Source: Chloroflexota bacterium
GTDB taxonomy: Bacteria > Chloroflexota > Dehalococcoidia > Lucifugimonadales > UBA3495
Direction of reading: 5' to 3'
DNA: 64,000 nt
Assembly: GCA_027623675.1 (NCBI GenBank)
Contig: JAQBVF010000007.1
Span: 1 to 64,000 of the forward strand
Positions 39,580 to 48,354 of the stretch are shown one piece after another. Position 1 is the stretch's first letter; each line of letters opens with the position of its first letter. A program made the translations under genes and the position numbers. Below the pieces are notes generated by a model. That model had not been told where the DNA came from. It did not search any database and worked only from the letters and a program-made list of their open reading frames with translations.

Positions 39580-42500
39580 TTAGTCCTGTATCCCACCGCT
39601 CGTGGTTATCTTGATCGTCTTGAGGAATCCATCACTCCCGGGGCCTTCGTAAGCCACGGCGAACACATCGCCAGAGATGTGAATGATTGCCGGTGTTTTG
39701 CCCGTCAAAGTATCAAACTCCAGCGTATCGATCACGGTGTCAGTTATCTGGCCATTGGTGGCAGTCTCGATCGTCTTCACGAAACCGTCATCGCCGTTAC
39801 CGGCATAGGCCACCGCGTAGACGTTGCCCGAGACTTTGATAAGCTTTGGATTCTTGCCCTTTGAGGTGTCCCATTCCAGCGTGTCGATCGCCGAGTCCGT
39901 GATCTGGCCACTGGTGCTTATCTCGATCGTCGTTACGAAGCCGTCATCGCCGTTGCCGGCATAGGCTACCGCGTAAACATTACCGGACACTTTAATTATC
40001 TCTGGGTTCTTGCCCAATGTGGTGTCGAACTCCAAAGTGTCGATCACCGCATCCGAGATGTCTCCGGCGGCTGATATGTCCACCGTCTTCACGAATCCGT
40101 CGCTGCCGCTTCCAGAGTAGGCGATGGCGTATATGTCGCCGGAGACCGGGGTGATGCTGGGAGATTCGCCCTGGGAGGTGTCGAATTCCAGGGTGTCGAT
40201 CACCGAGTTGGCGATCTGACCGGCGGTGGTTATGGAGATGGTCTTCAAGTACCCGTCCCCGTCGTTGCCCTCATACACCACGGCATAGACGTTACCCGAG
40301 ACCGAAATAATCACGGGCTCCTTGCCGGAATCAGAGTCGAATTCCAGGGTGTCGATCACGGAGTTGGTTATCTGGCCGCTGGATGAGATCTCGACGGTCT
40401 TCACGAACCCAGCATCTCCGTTTCCGGCATAGGCGACGGCGTAGACGTTACCCGACACAAGGACGATACTGGGCGTCTTACCCTTTGAATCGTCGAATTC
40501 CAGAGTATCGATCACCGTATCGGTGATCTGTCCATCGGCGGAGACCTCAAAGGTACTCAAGAAACCGTCATCACCGCTGCCGGAGTAAGCGATGGCGTAG
40601 ATATTGCCCGAAATGGCGATGACATCGGCCGTCTTGCCCTGTTCGGTGTCGAACTCCAGGCTATCCGAAGCGAACGACGGCACCGGTGTCGGAGTTGGCG
40701 CAGGCGTGGCCGTCGGAGCGGGCGTCGGCGTCGGCAAGGGAGTACCCGTCGGCACGGGCACCGGTGTCGGACCAGGCGTAGATGTGGGCGTCGCCGTCAG
40801 CACAGGGGTTAGCGTCGGTGTCGGACCAGGCGTCGGTGTCGGCGTCGCCGTCGACACGAGGGTCGGCGCGGGCGTCGCCGTCGGAGTGGTTGTCGCCGCA
40901 GGCGTGGCTATAGGCACGGGTGTAGCCGTCTGGCCTCCCACCGGGGTGGGCGTAGGCGTGGGCGGCAGTTGCGGCGTGGCGGTCGGGAACGGGGTTGGCG
41001 TCGGCACTGCGGTGGGCGAAGGATTAGGCGTGCCAAAGGGAGTCGGAGTGGGCGAAGGTAGACCTGCGCCTGCTTGCACCACCACCGCGGAACCGGCGGT
41101 CAATTCGATCACGCCATCCTTGCTGGAGATGACCAGCGGTTGGTCGTCGTCTATATTCTCCAGATTGACCACATCGCGGGCAACGACGGTTACTTTGGCG
41201 GCGCCGGCAGTGGGGACCGCAGCGGTCAAGTCTTTATTCAATTCGATCTCCACCGGTCCGCTATGAACGGTCACTTCGGTGGAGCCGCAGGTGCCGACGA
41301 AAACGTCACCATTGGTCAGATACAATCTGGTGCCGCACAGGCTGATGGTAGCATTGTTGGTGCCCAGGCCGGAGACCGTGATCAACACTCCCAGTCCGGG
41401 TGCGGTCAGGTCCGCTACGTTGACATCCAGCCCCGCCGACTCAACAACGCTTCCGTAGGTCACTCCACCAAGGTGTTGGTCGGTAAAGCGTCTCGATTTT
41501 ACCAATCTCTCATCGACCAATGCGCCATTCTCGAATGCGCCGTCGATGGTGTCCCAGATGCGGTCATTGTCCCGATCGTAAATGATGTCGGCCACGCCGG
41601 ATGGCTCATGCCAGGACTGAATCAACACCTGATGCGGCGACAGGGAAGACTTTTCTGGGGTCCACGGCAGGGGCGCGATGGGACCCGGGACCTGGCGCAC
41701 CACGGATTTAACGGCAACGCCGCCGTACTTGGTCAGTATCAGATAGTCCCGATAAGACGAACCGAAGATCCAAGTGCCTTCGGTGCCGCCGCTCTGCGAG
41801 AATGGCTTCGTGTAAACCGTCGGGCCGTCTTCGTGTTTCTTATCCACGTCGTTGGAGAAGATGAAGGTGTAGATTCCGGGCTGCACCTCGAAGTACCCGG
41901 TCCGCACGAAAGTCTCCCCGTGGTTGGGGTGGATATGGGCCGACGCCACCAGGTCGTTGCCCTCTTTGTCTTTGGGGTCACCGAAGTATCGGCCGAGTGG
42001 GATTTCCGCCCCGTCGTCCAGCACGGTGCCTCGGAATACCTTTATGGACACTTGATCATGATCCGGATTGTGGTCATTGTGGTCCTCGACCGGCATCGGC
42101 AGGAACGCCCAGTTGACGCTGAACAAGCCAGCTTGAACGTTATTTAGCTGGATAACGAAACTCGCACCCGGCGGGACCGCCTTGAACTCCTCGGCGCCGG
42201 CTGTTGGGTCGATGAATTGATGTGACGCTTCGGGCAGCAGAGTATCGCGGACCTCAGTGGACGTGGCGAAAAAGGACATGCGGTCAAGTTCAACCTGGAA
42301 TTCTTTCTTGCCCTTGAACGTCATTCTCACCCGGGCGAACTTATCGGTTAGGGTATTGATGTAGGCGACAGCCTCTTCTCCGACTTCAAAGGCCATGTAC
42401 CGGTCGATATCGCTGGCCCTTATCTTTTGCTTGAATTTATCGATCTTGCTGAACCCGTCATCATCAGCTTTGGGATCAGCCGGATCGTAGATCCGAATCT

Positions 42501-42789
42501 CGACCTCCACATCCTTGTTGCCCTCTTTGGCATCTTCGCCATCCTCAGCGGGAGGCGGCGAAGTTTGATTGGAACGGACCACGAACGGAACCACCAGGGT
42601 GTCCACCTTTTCCAGGTCAAATATACCGCTGGTTACCTCAAATTCGACCTTCCCGTTGTCGCTTTCCAAGGTGAAATACGATAAATCGTCTCTCTGGGTA
42701 TCCGCCATTCCGCCGGAAACGACCGTTCCTTTGCTGAGAACGATCGCATCATTGCCGAACCGGGTGTCGGCGGCGATGGGACCCAGCAT
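39580..42789 (-). CDS. Large extracellular-type protein with Pro/Thr linker and C-terminal 7-repeat beta-propeller-like domain; 5' end disrupted
   Basis: 1069-aa ORF. PT-rich linker at about 40675-41060. Seven ~52-aa repeats DTLEFD...SGNVYAVAY...DGFVKT. No signal peptide at the called start. Confidence 0.7.
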   Translation of the reverse strand: MLGPIAADTRFGNDAIVLSKGTVVSGGMADTQRDDLSYFTLESDNGKVEFEVTSGIFDLEKVDTLVVPFVVRSNQTSPPPAEDGEDAKEGNKDVEVEIRIYDPADPKADDDGFSKIDKFKQKIRASDIDRYMAFEVGEEAVAYINTLTDKFARVRMTFKGKKEFQVELDRMSFFATSTEVRDTLLPEASHQFIDPTAGAEEFKAVPPGASFVIQLNNVQAGLFSVNWAFLPMPVEDHNDHNPDHDQVSIKVFRGTVLDDGAEIPLGRYFGDPKDKEGNDLVASAHIHPNHGETFVRTGYFEVQPGIYTFIFSNDVDKKHEDGPTVYTKPFSQSGGTEGTWIFGSSYRDYLILTKYGGVAVKSVVRQVPGPIAPLPWTPEKSSLSPHQVLIQSWHEPSGVADIIYDRDNDRIWDTIDGAFENGALVDERLVKSRRFTDQHLGGVTYGSVVESAGLDVNVADLTAPGLGVLITVSGLGTNNATISLCGTRLYLTNGDVFVGTCGSTEVTVHSGPVEIELNKDLTAAVPTAGAAKVTVVARDVVNLENIDDDQPLVISSKDGVIELTAGSAVVVQAGAGLPSPTPTPFGTPNPSPTAVPTPTPFPTATPQLPPTPTPTPVGGQTATPVPIATPAATTTPTATPAPTLVSTATPTPTPGPTPTLTPVLTATPTSTPGPTPVPVPTGTPLPTPTPAPTATPAPTPTPVPSFASDSLEFDTEQGKTADVIAISGNIYAIAYSGSGDDGFLSTFEVSADGQITDTVIDTLEFDDSKGKTPSIVLVSGNVYAVAYAGNGDAGFVKTVEISSSGQITNSVIDTLEFDSDSGKEPVIISVSGNVYAVVYEGNDGDGYLKTISITTAGQIANSVIDTLEFDTSQGESPSITPVSGDIYAIAYSGSGSDGFVKTVDISAAGDISDAVIDTLEFDTTLGKNPEIIKVSGNVYAVAYAGNGDDGFVTTIEISTSGQITDSAIDTLEWDTSKGKNPKLIKVSGNVYAVAYAGNGDDGFVKTIETATNGQITDTVIDTLEFDTLTGKTPAIIHISGDVFAVAYEGPGSDGFLKTIKITTSGGIQD
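39583..40665 (-). repeat. Seven ~156-nt intragenic repeats (52 aa each)
   Basis: Repeat units read directly from the translation. Confidence 0.85.
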
Positions 42790-43018
42790 GGCGAAGTTGA
42801 CATCCTCAACGTGAAGCGTGAAGCGTGAAGTCCGGACGGTCGCGCCTCAGCCAATGGTGGAAATGGTCGTGTTTGAAGGTGTCGCCACTGTATTTTATTG
42901 AGCTGTCATCATTGGTGTGGGCGAGATTGAAGGTCGCCCATTGAAGGTCGCCCATTTTGCCAGATCACCGTCAAGCCATTTCGCCGGCGGCCGGACTCCC
43001 AAAAACCAGCGGCTTAGC

Positions 43019-43309
43019 TTAACACCGGCCACGTGAGACCACGGTTTCGCAGGGATTGGCGGGGATTATCTCCACGCTGCCCATCTGGCCGAAGGGGGCC
43101 ATAAACTCTTGGACCTTACCGCCGTCCCCGGCTTCTAAGATGAGATGAAGGGTGTGCAAACCCTCGAGAACCGCCGAGGCCTTGACGTCGACCCCGAACC
43201 GGGTTGCGTTGGGCTGGGAGAGTATCTGCAGCAGCATGGGAGCCATCTCTTTGTCACCCGAGGGGCAGGCCTCCGCGGTATGCTCGTGTTTAACTACGAA
43301 TAGCGACAT
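43019..43309 (-). CDS. Small hypothetical protein (DUF3303/GYD-like dimeric alpha-beta barrel, tentative)
   Basis: HxHxxExCP N-terminal motif, CE..V.RG.C C-terminus; GAGGTG RBS. Confidence 0.6.
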   Translation of the reverse strand: MSLFVVKHEHTAEACPSGDKEMAPMLLQILSQPNATRFGVDVKASAVLEGLHTLHLILEAGDGGKVQEFMAPFGQMGSVEIIPANPCETVVSRGRC

Positions 43310-43451
43310 CTTAGATTCACCTCTGGGACTGATTAGGCTGAACGCAGCTTGAAGCGCGCTGCCCGGTCGAAGAATCCCGCGAAAACCCCGCGGTCTGCGC
43401 CCCGACGATTTGCGGAATCGGCCAGGGGAACCAATGCGGGTAAAAGGAAGA

Positions 43452-43525
43452 TGGCTGGGGATGGAGGGTTCGAACCTCCGCTTCCTGATCCAGAGTCAGG
43501 CGTCCTACCACTGGACTAATCCCCA
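43452..43525 (-). tRNA. tRNA-Gln (anticodon CTG)
   Basis: Minus strand reads TGGGGATTAGTCCAGTGGTAGGACGCCTGACTCTGGATCAGGAAGCGGAGGTTCGAACCCTCCATCCCCAGCCA. Confidence 0.95.
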
Positions 43526-43592
43526 ATCTTAAAGAGGCTTGGCCTGACGTCGGCTCGGTCTAGGTCTCCCAAGTCCCAGTCAGGCTACAACT

Positions 43593-43621
43593 ATGGTATT
43601 GACGGGCCAGAACGGTGTCAA
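43593..43621 (-). promoter_or_regulatory. Sigma70 promoter for tRNA-Gln
   Basis: Minus strand TTGACA, 17 nt, TACCAT. Confidence 0.6.
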
Positions 43622-43812
43622 GGCGCAGGCATCCGGCCAACTTGATATGCAACTTGACATACAATGGCGTTTGTAACAAAATTCGGGGTGCCGTGCCCCA
43701 GCCTCTAATAATACACCGCCTACCTTATATAACAACACGATATATGACACTCAGGCGCCGACGCTGATAAGGGCCACCGGCGGCAAATCCGGTTAAGAAT
43801 GAGGGACGATTC

Positions 43813-44610
43813 ATGACGCTCGCGAAAACCGCCAACCAGTCCACGGTCACGGTTTCCGGCCACGATGTAGAGTTGCACAAAGGCGGGTCCGGACCGCCTC
43901 TGTTATTCCTGCACGGCGGCGGCGGATTCGGCACTTATGACCCAACCACCGGCCCATTGGCTGAGAATTTCACCGTATACGCGCCGTCGCATCCGGGCTT
44001 CTTCGGCACTGCCCGGCCCGATTGGCTCTACACCATAAGAGACGCAGCCCACTTCACCAAGGACCTCGCCAGGGAGTTGGGCTTGAACGACTACGTTCTG
44101 GCCGGACATTCCATCGGCGGCTGGATCGCCGCTGAGATGGCCGCCATGGACAGCCACAACATCAAGGCCCTGGTGCTGATCGACGCCGCTGGCATACGCC
44201 CGGAGAAAGGCGAGATCACCGAGATCTTCATGGTTTCGGACCAGACCCGGCTGAAACTGGCGTTCCACGACCCGGCCCAGGTGCCCAACTACGATTTCTT
44301 CACCGCCGAGCGGACCCCCGAGGAAGCGGCGGTGGCCCACGGCAACATGGAGATGCTGTCTCGACTCTGCTGGAAGCCCTATCTCCACAATCCCAGCCTG
44401 CCCCATTACCTGGCCGGGGTTAGCTCTCCGGCGCTGGTCGTCTGGGGCAAGGACGACGCCATAATCCCCGTGGAGTGCGGCGAGATGTACGCCAAGTTCC
44501 TGCCCAATGCCACGCTCAAGACCATCGACAACTGTGGCCACAGCCCCCAGATGGAGAAGCCGCAGGAGTTCAACGACGCGGTCTCGGCGTTCCTGGGCGA
44601 GCTTAAGTAA
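43813..44610 (+). CDS. Alpha/beta fold hydrolase
   Basis: FLHGGGG, nucleophile elbow GHSIGG, WGKDD and CGHSPQ motifs. Confidence 0.9.
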   Translation: MTLAKTANQSTVTVSGHDVELHKGGSGPPLLFLHGGGGFGTYDPTTGPLAENFTVYAPSHPGFFGTARPDWLYTIRDAAHFTKDLARELGLNDYVLAGHSIGGWIAAEMAAMDSHNIKALVLIDAAGIRPEKGEITEIFMVSDQTRLKLAFHDPAQVPNYDFFTAERTPEEAAVAHGNMEMLSRLCWKPYLHNPSLPHYLAGVSSPALVVWGKDDAIIPVECGEMYAKFLPNATLKTIDNCGHSPQMEKPQEFNDAVSAFLGELK

Positions 44611-44648
44611 CCGCCTAACGGCTCGGGCTTCAGCGCAAACTAAATCAA

Positions 44649-44685
44649 CAGGGGCACCATGGTTCGCCGGGGTGCCCCTGATTTT
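44649..44685. terminator. Terminator hairpin
   Basis: CAGGGGCACC/GGTGCCCCTG stem followed by ATTTT. Confidence 0.6.
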
Positions 44686-44731
44686 CGTTCGCCGGGCTTT
44701 TTGCCAGGTTTATTTTGCCGGGTTTATATCG

Positions 44732-46003
44732 TTAACCGACCACGCCGTCCTCGCGCCAATCGTCGATCTGTTTCTGATCGAAGCCCAGCGATCCCAGTAT
44801 CTCGCCGGCGTGCTGCCCCAACGCGGGCGACGCTTGGGGAGGATCGGGCGCCGTGCCCCGAAAGTGGGCCATGGGACCCATCATCTTGACCTTGCCCTCT
44901 TGGATGTGTTCCGTCTCGGTTACCAGACCGTTGGCGACCACCTGCGGGTCTTCAAACAACTCCTCGATGAAACGCACCGGGCCGGCGGGGATGGCGCGGG
45001 CCTCGAATATCCGGAGCCACTCGGCGCTGGACCTGGATGCCAACAGTTCCTCGGCCTGCCTTTCCAACGCCTGGCTGTAGGCCCGGGACTCGGGTTTGGT
45101 TGGGTCCCAGCCCGGCTCCAGGCCGTCGTCAGTCATGCCCAACGTGTCCAGGAGGCGGCGGCGCAGCGGGTCGCTGAGGCAGCCCACGCCGATGGGGGCG
45201 TCCTTGGTGTAGTAGATGCGGTAATAGAGGTTGCCGTGGTGCTCCCGGCGGCGGCTTCCCGGAGATATGGCGACCATCTCTTCGTAGGTTGCACCCTCTT
45301 CCCGTTTGGCCTTTAGTTCACTGACGGTCTTAGCCCTGGTCTCGGCGTCCAGCGATTCCACGTGCAGGAACCTGGCGCCCATCAAAGACAGGGCCGACGC
45401 CAGAAGACTGGTCTCGATCTTCTGGCCGATCCCGGTCTTCTCCCTGGCGTACAGGGCGGCGCAGACCGACCAGGCCATGCAGATGCCGGCCGAGGTGTCG
45501 ATCAGAGGACTGGACCAGACCCACGATGGCACGCCATCCAGGGTCTTGGTTTCTGAGGCGACCATCCCGGTCATGGCCTGCACGATCATGTCGTAGCCGG
45601 GACGGTCGGCGTCGGGGCCTTCGCGTCCGTAGGCGGTCAGTTCGCAGTAGACCAGCCGGGGGTTGATGGCGGATAGCGTTTCGTAGTCCACGCCCAGCTT
45701 GGCGGCCACATCGGGGCGGAAGTTGACCAGGGCGATGTCCATCTCCGGGATGAGGCGTTTAATGATCTCGGCCGCGCCCTCCTTGGTCAGGTCGAGGGGC
45801 AGGCTGCGCTTACCCCGGTTGTAGGTCATAAAGGTGCGGCTCTCGGTGGGTGTGAACCGCTGGGTTAGCCGCCAAGGCTCGCCCCAGGGCGGCTCCACCT
45901 TGATCACGTCGGCGCCCAGGTCGGCCAGCAGCCGGCCGGCCAAAGGCCCAGCGATGATCTCGGTGAAATCGACGACTCTGACGCCGTCCAGGGGTCCGGG
46001 CAT
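44732..46003 (-). CDS. CaiB/BaiF family III CoA-transferase
   Basis: LADLGADVIKVEPP, NRGKRS, NFRPDV and GYDMIVQA motifs. Confidence 0.92.
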   Translation of the reverse strand: MPGPLDGVRVVDFTEIIAGPLAGRLLADLGADVIKVEPPWGEPWRLTQRFTPTESRTFMTYNRGKRSLPLDLTKEGAAEIIKRLIPEMDIALVNFRPDVAAKLGVDYETLSAINPRLVYCELTAYGREGPDADRPGYDMIVQAMTGMVASETKTLDGVPSWVWSSPLIDTSAGICMAWSVCAALYAREKTGIGQKIETSLLASALSLMGARFLHVESLDAETRAKTVSELKAKREEGATYEEMVAISPGSRRREHHGNLYYRIYYTKDAPIGVGCLSDPLRRRLLDTLGMTDDGLEPGWDPTKPESRAYSQALERQAEELLASRSSAEWLRIFEARAIPAGPVRFIEELFEDPQVVANGLVTETEHIQEGKVKMMGPMAHFRGTAPDPPQASPALGQHAGEILGSLGFDQKQIDDWREDGVVG

Positions 46004-46220
46004 GTGGGTTCTCCTGGATGCCGGCAATCAGCCGCCGGCCATCAGCTTTCGGATACCGGCATTATGCCCAAAGGTGGGAACGCGCCGCAATGGGGTGTGT
46101 TGGGATGGCCGGCAAATAGATTATCGCTCAAACTCCGATTTCGCCGCCCACCTTGAGGTTCTCGGAGGACGCACACCAGTCAAGTAACTGATCAACAAAA
46201 ACTAGGGTCATCAACAGCGG

Positions 46221-46246
46221 TGGTTCGACGAGCTCACCATGAGCGG
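46221..46246. repeat. REP-like element (second family); related copies at 50227-50278
   Basis: The reverse complement CCGCTCATGGTGAGCTCGTCGAACCA resembles CCGCTCGTGGTGAACCCTTCGAACCA (50253-50278). Confidence 0.55.
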
Positions 46247-46510
46247 CCCTGCTCCTTAAGTTCCCTACGATGGAAAGAGGCTGGAAATACACTGGAACCA
46301 CCCCGGAAAATCCCTGAATGAATAGTGTTCGTGGTTTGCCGATGCATCGACGCTGCCGCCTCGAACAAGGTCGTGAGTCTCGCTGATTGACCGGCGGACC
46401 TAACGCCGCCTCGTGGGTGGGCCAAACAACTCCTAGCTCTGGAGCGGGGCTTCTTCGGTAGCCCGCGCCTGTACCGCGCCTGGCCCGTGCGTGTTATAAT
46501 TACGGCGCGT

Positions 46511-46587
46511 CGGGGTGTGGCCCAGTCCGGTAGGGCACCTGCATGGGGTGTAGGGGGTCGTCGGTTCGAATCCGACCACCCCGACCA
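46511..46587 (+). tRNA. tRNA-Pro (anticodon GGG)
   Basis: CGGGGTGTGGCCCAGTCCGGTAGGGCACCTGCATGGGGTGTAGGGGGTCGTCGGTTCGAATCCGACCACCCCGACCA. An extended -10 (TGTTATAAT) lies just upstream. Confidence 0.95.
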
Positions 46588-46594
46588 GAAAAAG

Positions 46595-46634
46595 AAAAAC
46601 GACCGTCCCGGATTGACCGGGACGGTCGTTTTTT
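46595..46634 (+). terminator. Rho-independent terminator after tRNA-Pro
   Basis: AAAAACGACCGTCCCGG/CCGGGACGGTCGTTTTTT. Confidence 0.85.
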
Positions 46635-46865
46635 GTGTGCCGTGGAGTTGGACCCTTTAGGAGCCTAACCCCCCAAGGTGAAGGTAAGATTCACGCCGCC
46701 GGCCGGGCAGACGGAGAGCTTCATCACAGAGGCATTTCCGGTGACTCCGGTCAGGCCCCCGGTGATTTCGCTCAGTTTGAGCTAGGCGCTCCAGGTTATG
46801 TCCACCCTGTTGGACCTCCAACCGACCACGAAGGTGCCCGGCGCTGAAGGCTCAGATAACGGCGG

Positions 46866-48050
46866 TTACGCCGCCTTTTCCACGTTGAACTTGGGCATTA
46901 CCTCTTTGCCGAACCGCTCGAGCTGCTCGATCATTACGTCCAGCGGCGTGCCCTGGCGGCTGCAGCCCACGTGCATGTACTCAAGTCCGGGGTACCGGTC
47001 CTGCAGCTCCATGATGCGCTCGGTGATGTGCTCGGCGGTGCCGCAGAGCCAGGCCCCGGCGGCCACGGTGTCTTCCATCGTCGGGAATCCATAGGTGGGA
47101 GCGCGCTTGGGGTCGCCCAGGGCCTCAATCATCTCCGGCGAGAAGCCCCGGAAGAACCCCAGCGGCGCGAACATCTTCATGTCCTCCTCCAGGTATTTCC
47201 GTGACTGGTCGATAGCCTCTTTCTCGCTATCGGCGATGAACGTGGGCAGGCCAACCACCAATCTGCTGCCCAGTTGGGCGTCCTGGTGGCCGTGCTTGAC
47301 CAGTGTCTCGGTCCAGCGTTTGATGACATCGTCGGACGGCCCTCCGGTGACGGCTCCGCCGCCGACGATAGCCTGGATCTGGTGTTTGGCCATGAAGTCC
47401 ATGGCCCGCTGGCTGGCGCTGACCATGGGCTGCCAGGTCTCAACCGGCAGGTACTTGGGCCGGGGCACCAGGGTGATCTCTTTCAGGGTGTAGCCGCGGT
47501 AAGGCACCTCGGGCGGCAGGTCGTAGTGCTTGCCGTGGTGGGAGAACGACTTCTCGTTGAACGCCTTCATGATGACTTCGACCTGTTCTTCGAATATCTC
47601 ACGGTTGGCGTCGCTGTCGGTGTTGGTGCTGGGCACTCCAAAGGTGTCCACCTCGCGGGAGTGGTAGCCGCGGCCAACGCCGAAGATCACCCGGCCGTTG
47701 GTCAAGATGTCGGCGGTGGCGTAGTCCTCGGCCAGGCGCAGGGGGTGCCACATGGGGTTGACGTTGAATCCGCAGCCGAACTTCAGGTTCTTGGTCAGGT
47801 GGGCCAGGTGCACGTAGAGCAGCAACAGGTTGGGTATGGTCTCGTTGCCCTCGTGCTGGAAGTGATGTTCCGCAGCCCAGAAGCTGTGATAACCAAGGTC
47901 GTCCATCACCTTAACCATCTGCTCCACCCGGTTGAAGATGGTCGAGAGGTGCTCATTGTCGAAGCGTCTGTCATTCAGGGCGGTGGCGCCCAGACCCAGG
48001 TCTCCCAGGTCGACATGTCCGGCGTATAGGTTGCCGAATTTAGTGATCAA
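46866..48050 (-). CDS. LLM class flavin-dependent oxidoreductase
   Basis: WAAEHHFQ, WHPLRLAEDYATAD, GVGRGY and FGKEVMP motifs; TTG start. Confidence 0.92.
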   Translation of the reverse strand: MITKFGNLYAGHVDLGDLGLGATALNDRRFDNEHLSTIFNRVEQMVKVMDDLGYHSFWAAEHHFQHEGNETIPNLLLLYVHLAHLTKNLKFGCGFNVNPMWHPLRLAEDYATADILTNGRVIFGVGRGYHSREVDTFGVPSTNTDSDANREIFEEQVEVIMKAFNEKSFSHHGKHYDLPPEVPYRGYTLKEITLVPRPKYLPVETWQPMVSASQRAMDFMAKHQIQAIVGGGAVTGGPSDDVIKRWTETLVKHGHQDAQLGSRLVVGLPTFIADSEKEAIDQSRKYLEEDMKMFAPLGFFRGFSPEMIEALGDPKRAPTYGFPTMEDTVAAGAWLCGTAEHITERIMELQDRYPGLEYMHVGCSRQGTPLDVMIEQLERFGKEVMPKFNVEKAA

Positions 48051-48095
48051 TTTTTCAGTCCTTGATTCTGTATTAGGGTCGGAACGGTTCCTGAC

Positions 48096-48123
48096 ATTCT
48101 AAAGGCGCGGTCTTCATTGTCAA
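48096..48123 (-). promoter_or_regulatory. Sigma70 promoter for the LLM gene
   Basis: Minus strand TTGACA, 16 nt, TAGAAT. Confidence 0.6.
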
Positions 48124-48181
48124 TCGCGGTCAATCGCGGTCAATCGCGGTCAATCGCGGTCAATCGCGGTCAATCGCGGTC
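48119..48181. repeat. 10-bp tandem repeat x6 (GTCAATCGCG)
   Basis: Six exact copies at 48119-48178 plus a partial copy. Confidence 0.95.
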
Positions 48182-48354
48182 GGACGCTTGTTGGCGAGCG
48201 CCCTTCGTGCCCCAGCCACTGTTGACGCTGCGTGGGGCCGCCATTATCATCCTTGCTTAAGCCAAGGTCCGCCGGTCCACTGGATAAGCCCTTGATAATA
48301 AGGCCTCTGCCACGAGACGCATCACATCAAAGGAGAGCGAAAGGGAGAGCGAAA

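Noticed and set aside
40604..41266. 220-aa Gly/Val-rich plus-strand ORF
   Set aside because: It is the antisense shadow of the Pro/Thr linker.
43452..46587. Genomic island or prophage integrated at tRNA-Gln or tRNA-Pro
   Set aside because: I found no integrase and no duplicated tRNA 3' end (att site), and the intervening genes are host-like.
46660..46850. Short minus-strand coding-like stretch (APGTFVVGWRSNRVDITWSA*LKLSEITGG...)
   Set aside because: It has no start, contains an internal TAG and matches no family I recognise. It is at most a gene remnant.
48119..48181. CRISPR array
   Set aside because: The 10-bp units are contiguous with no spacers, and there are no cas genes in the window.
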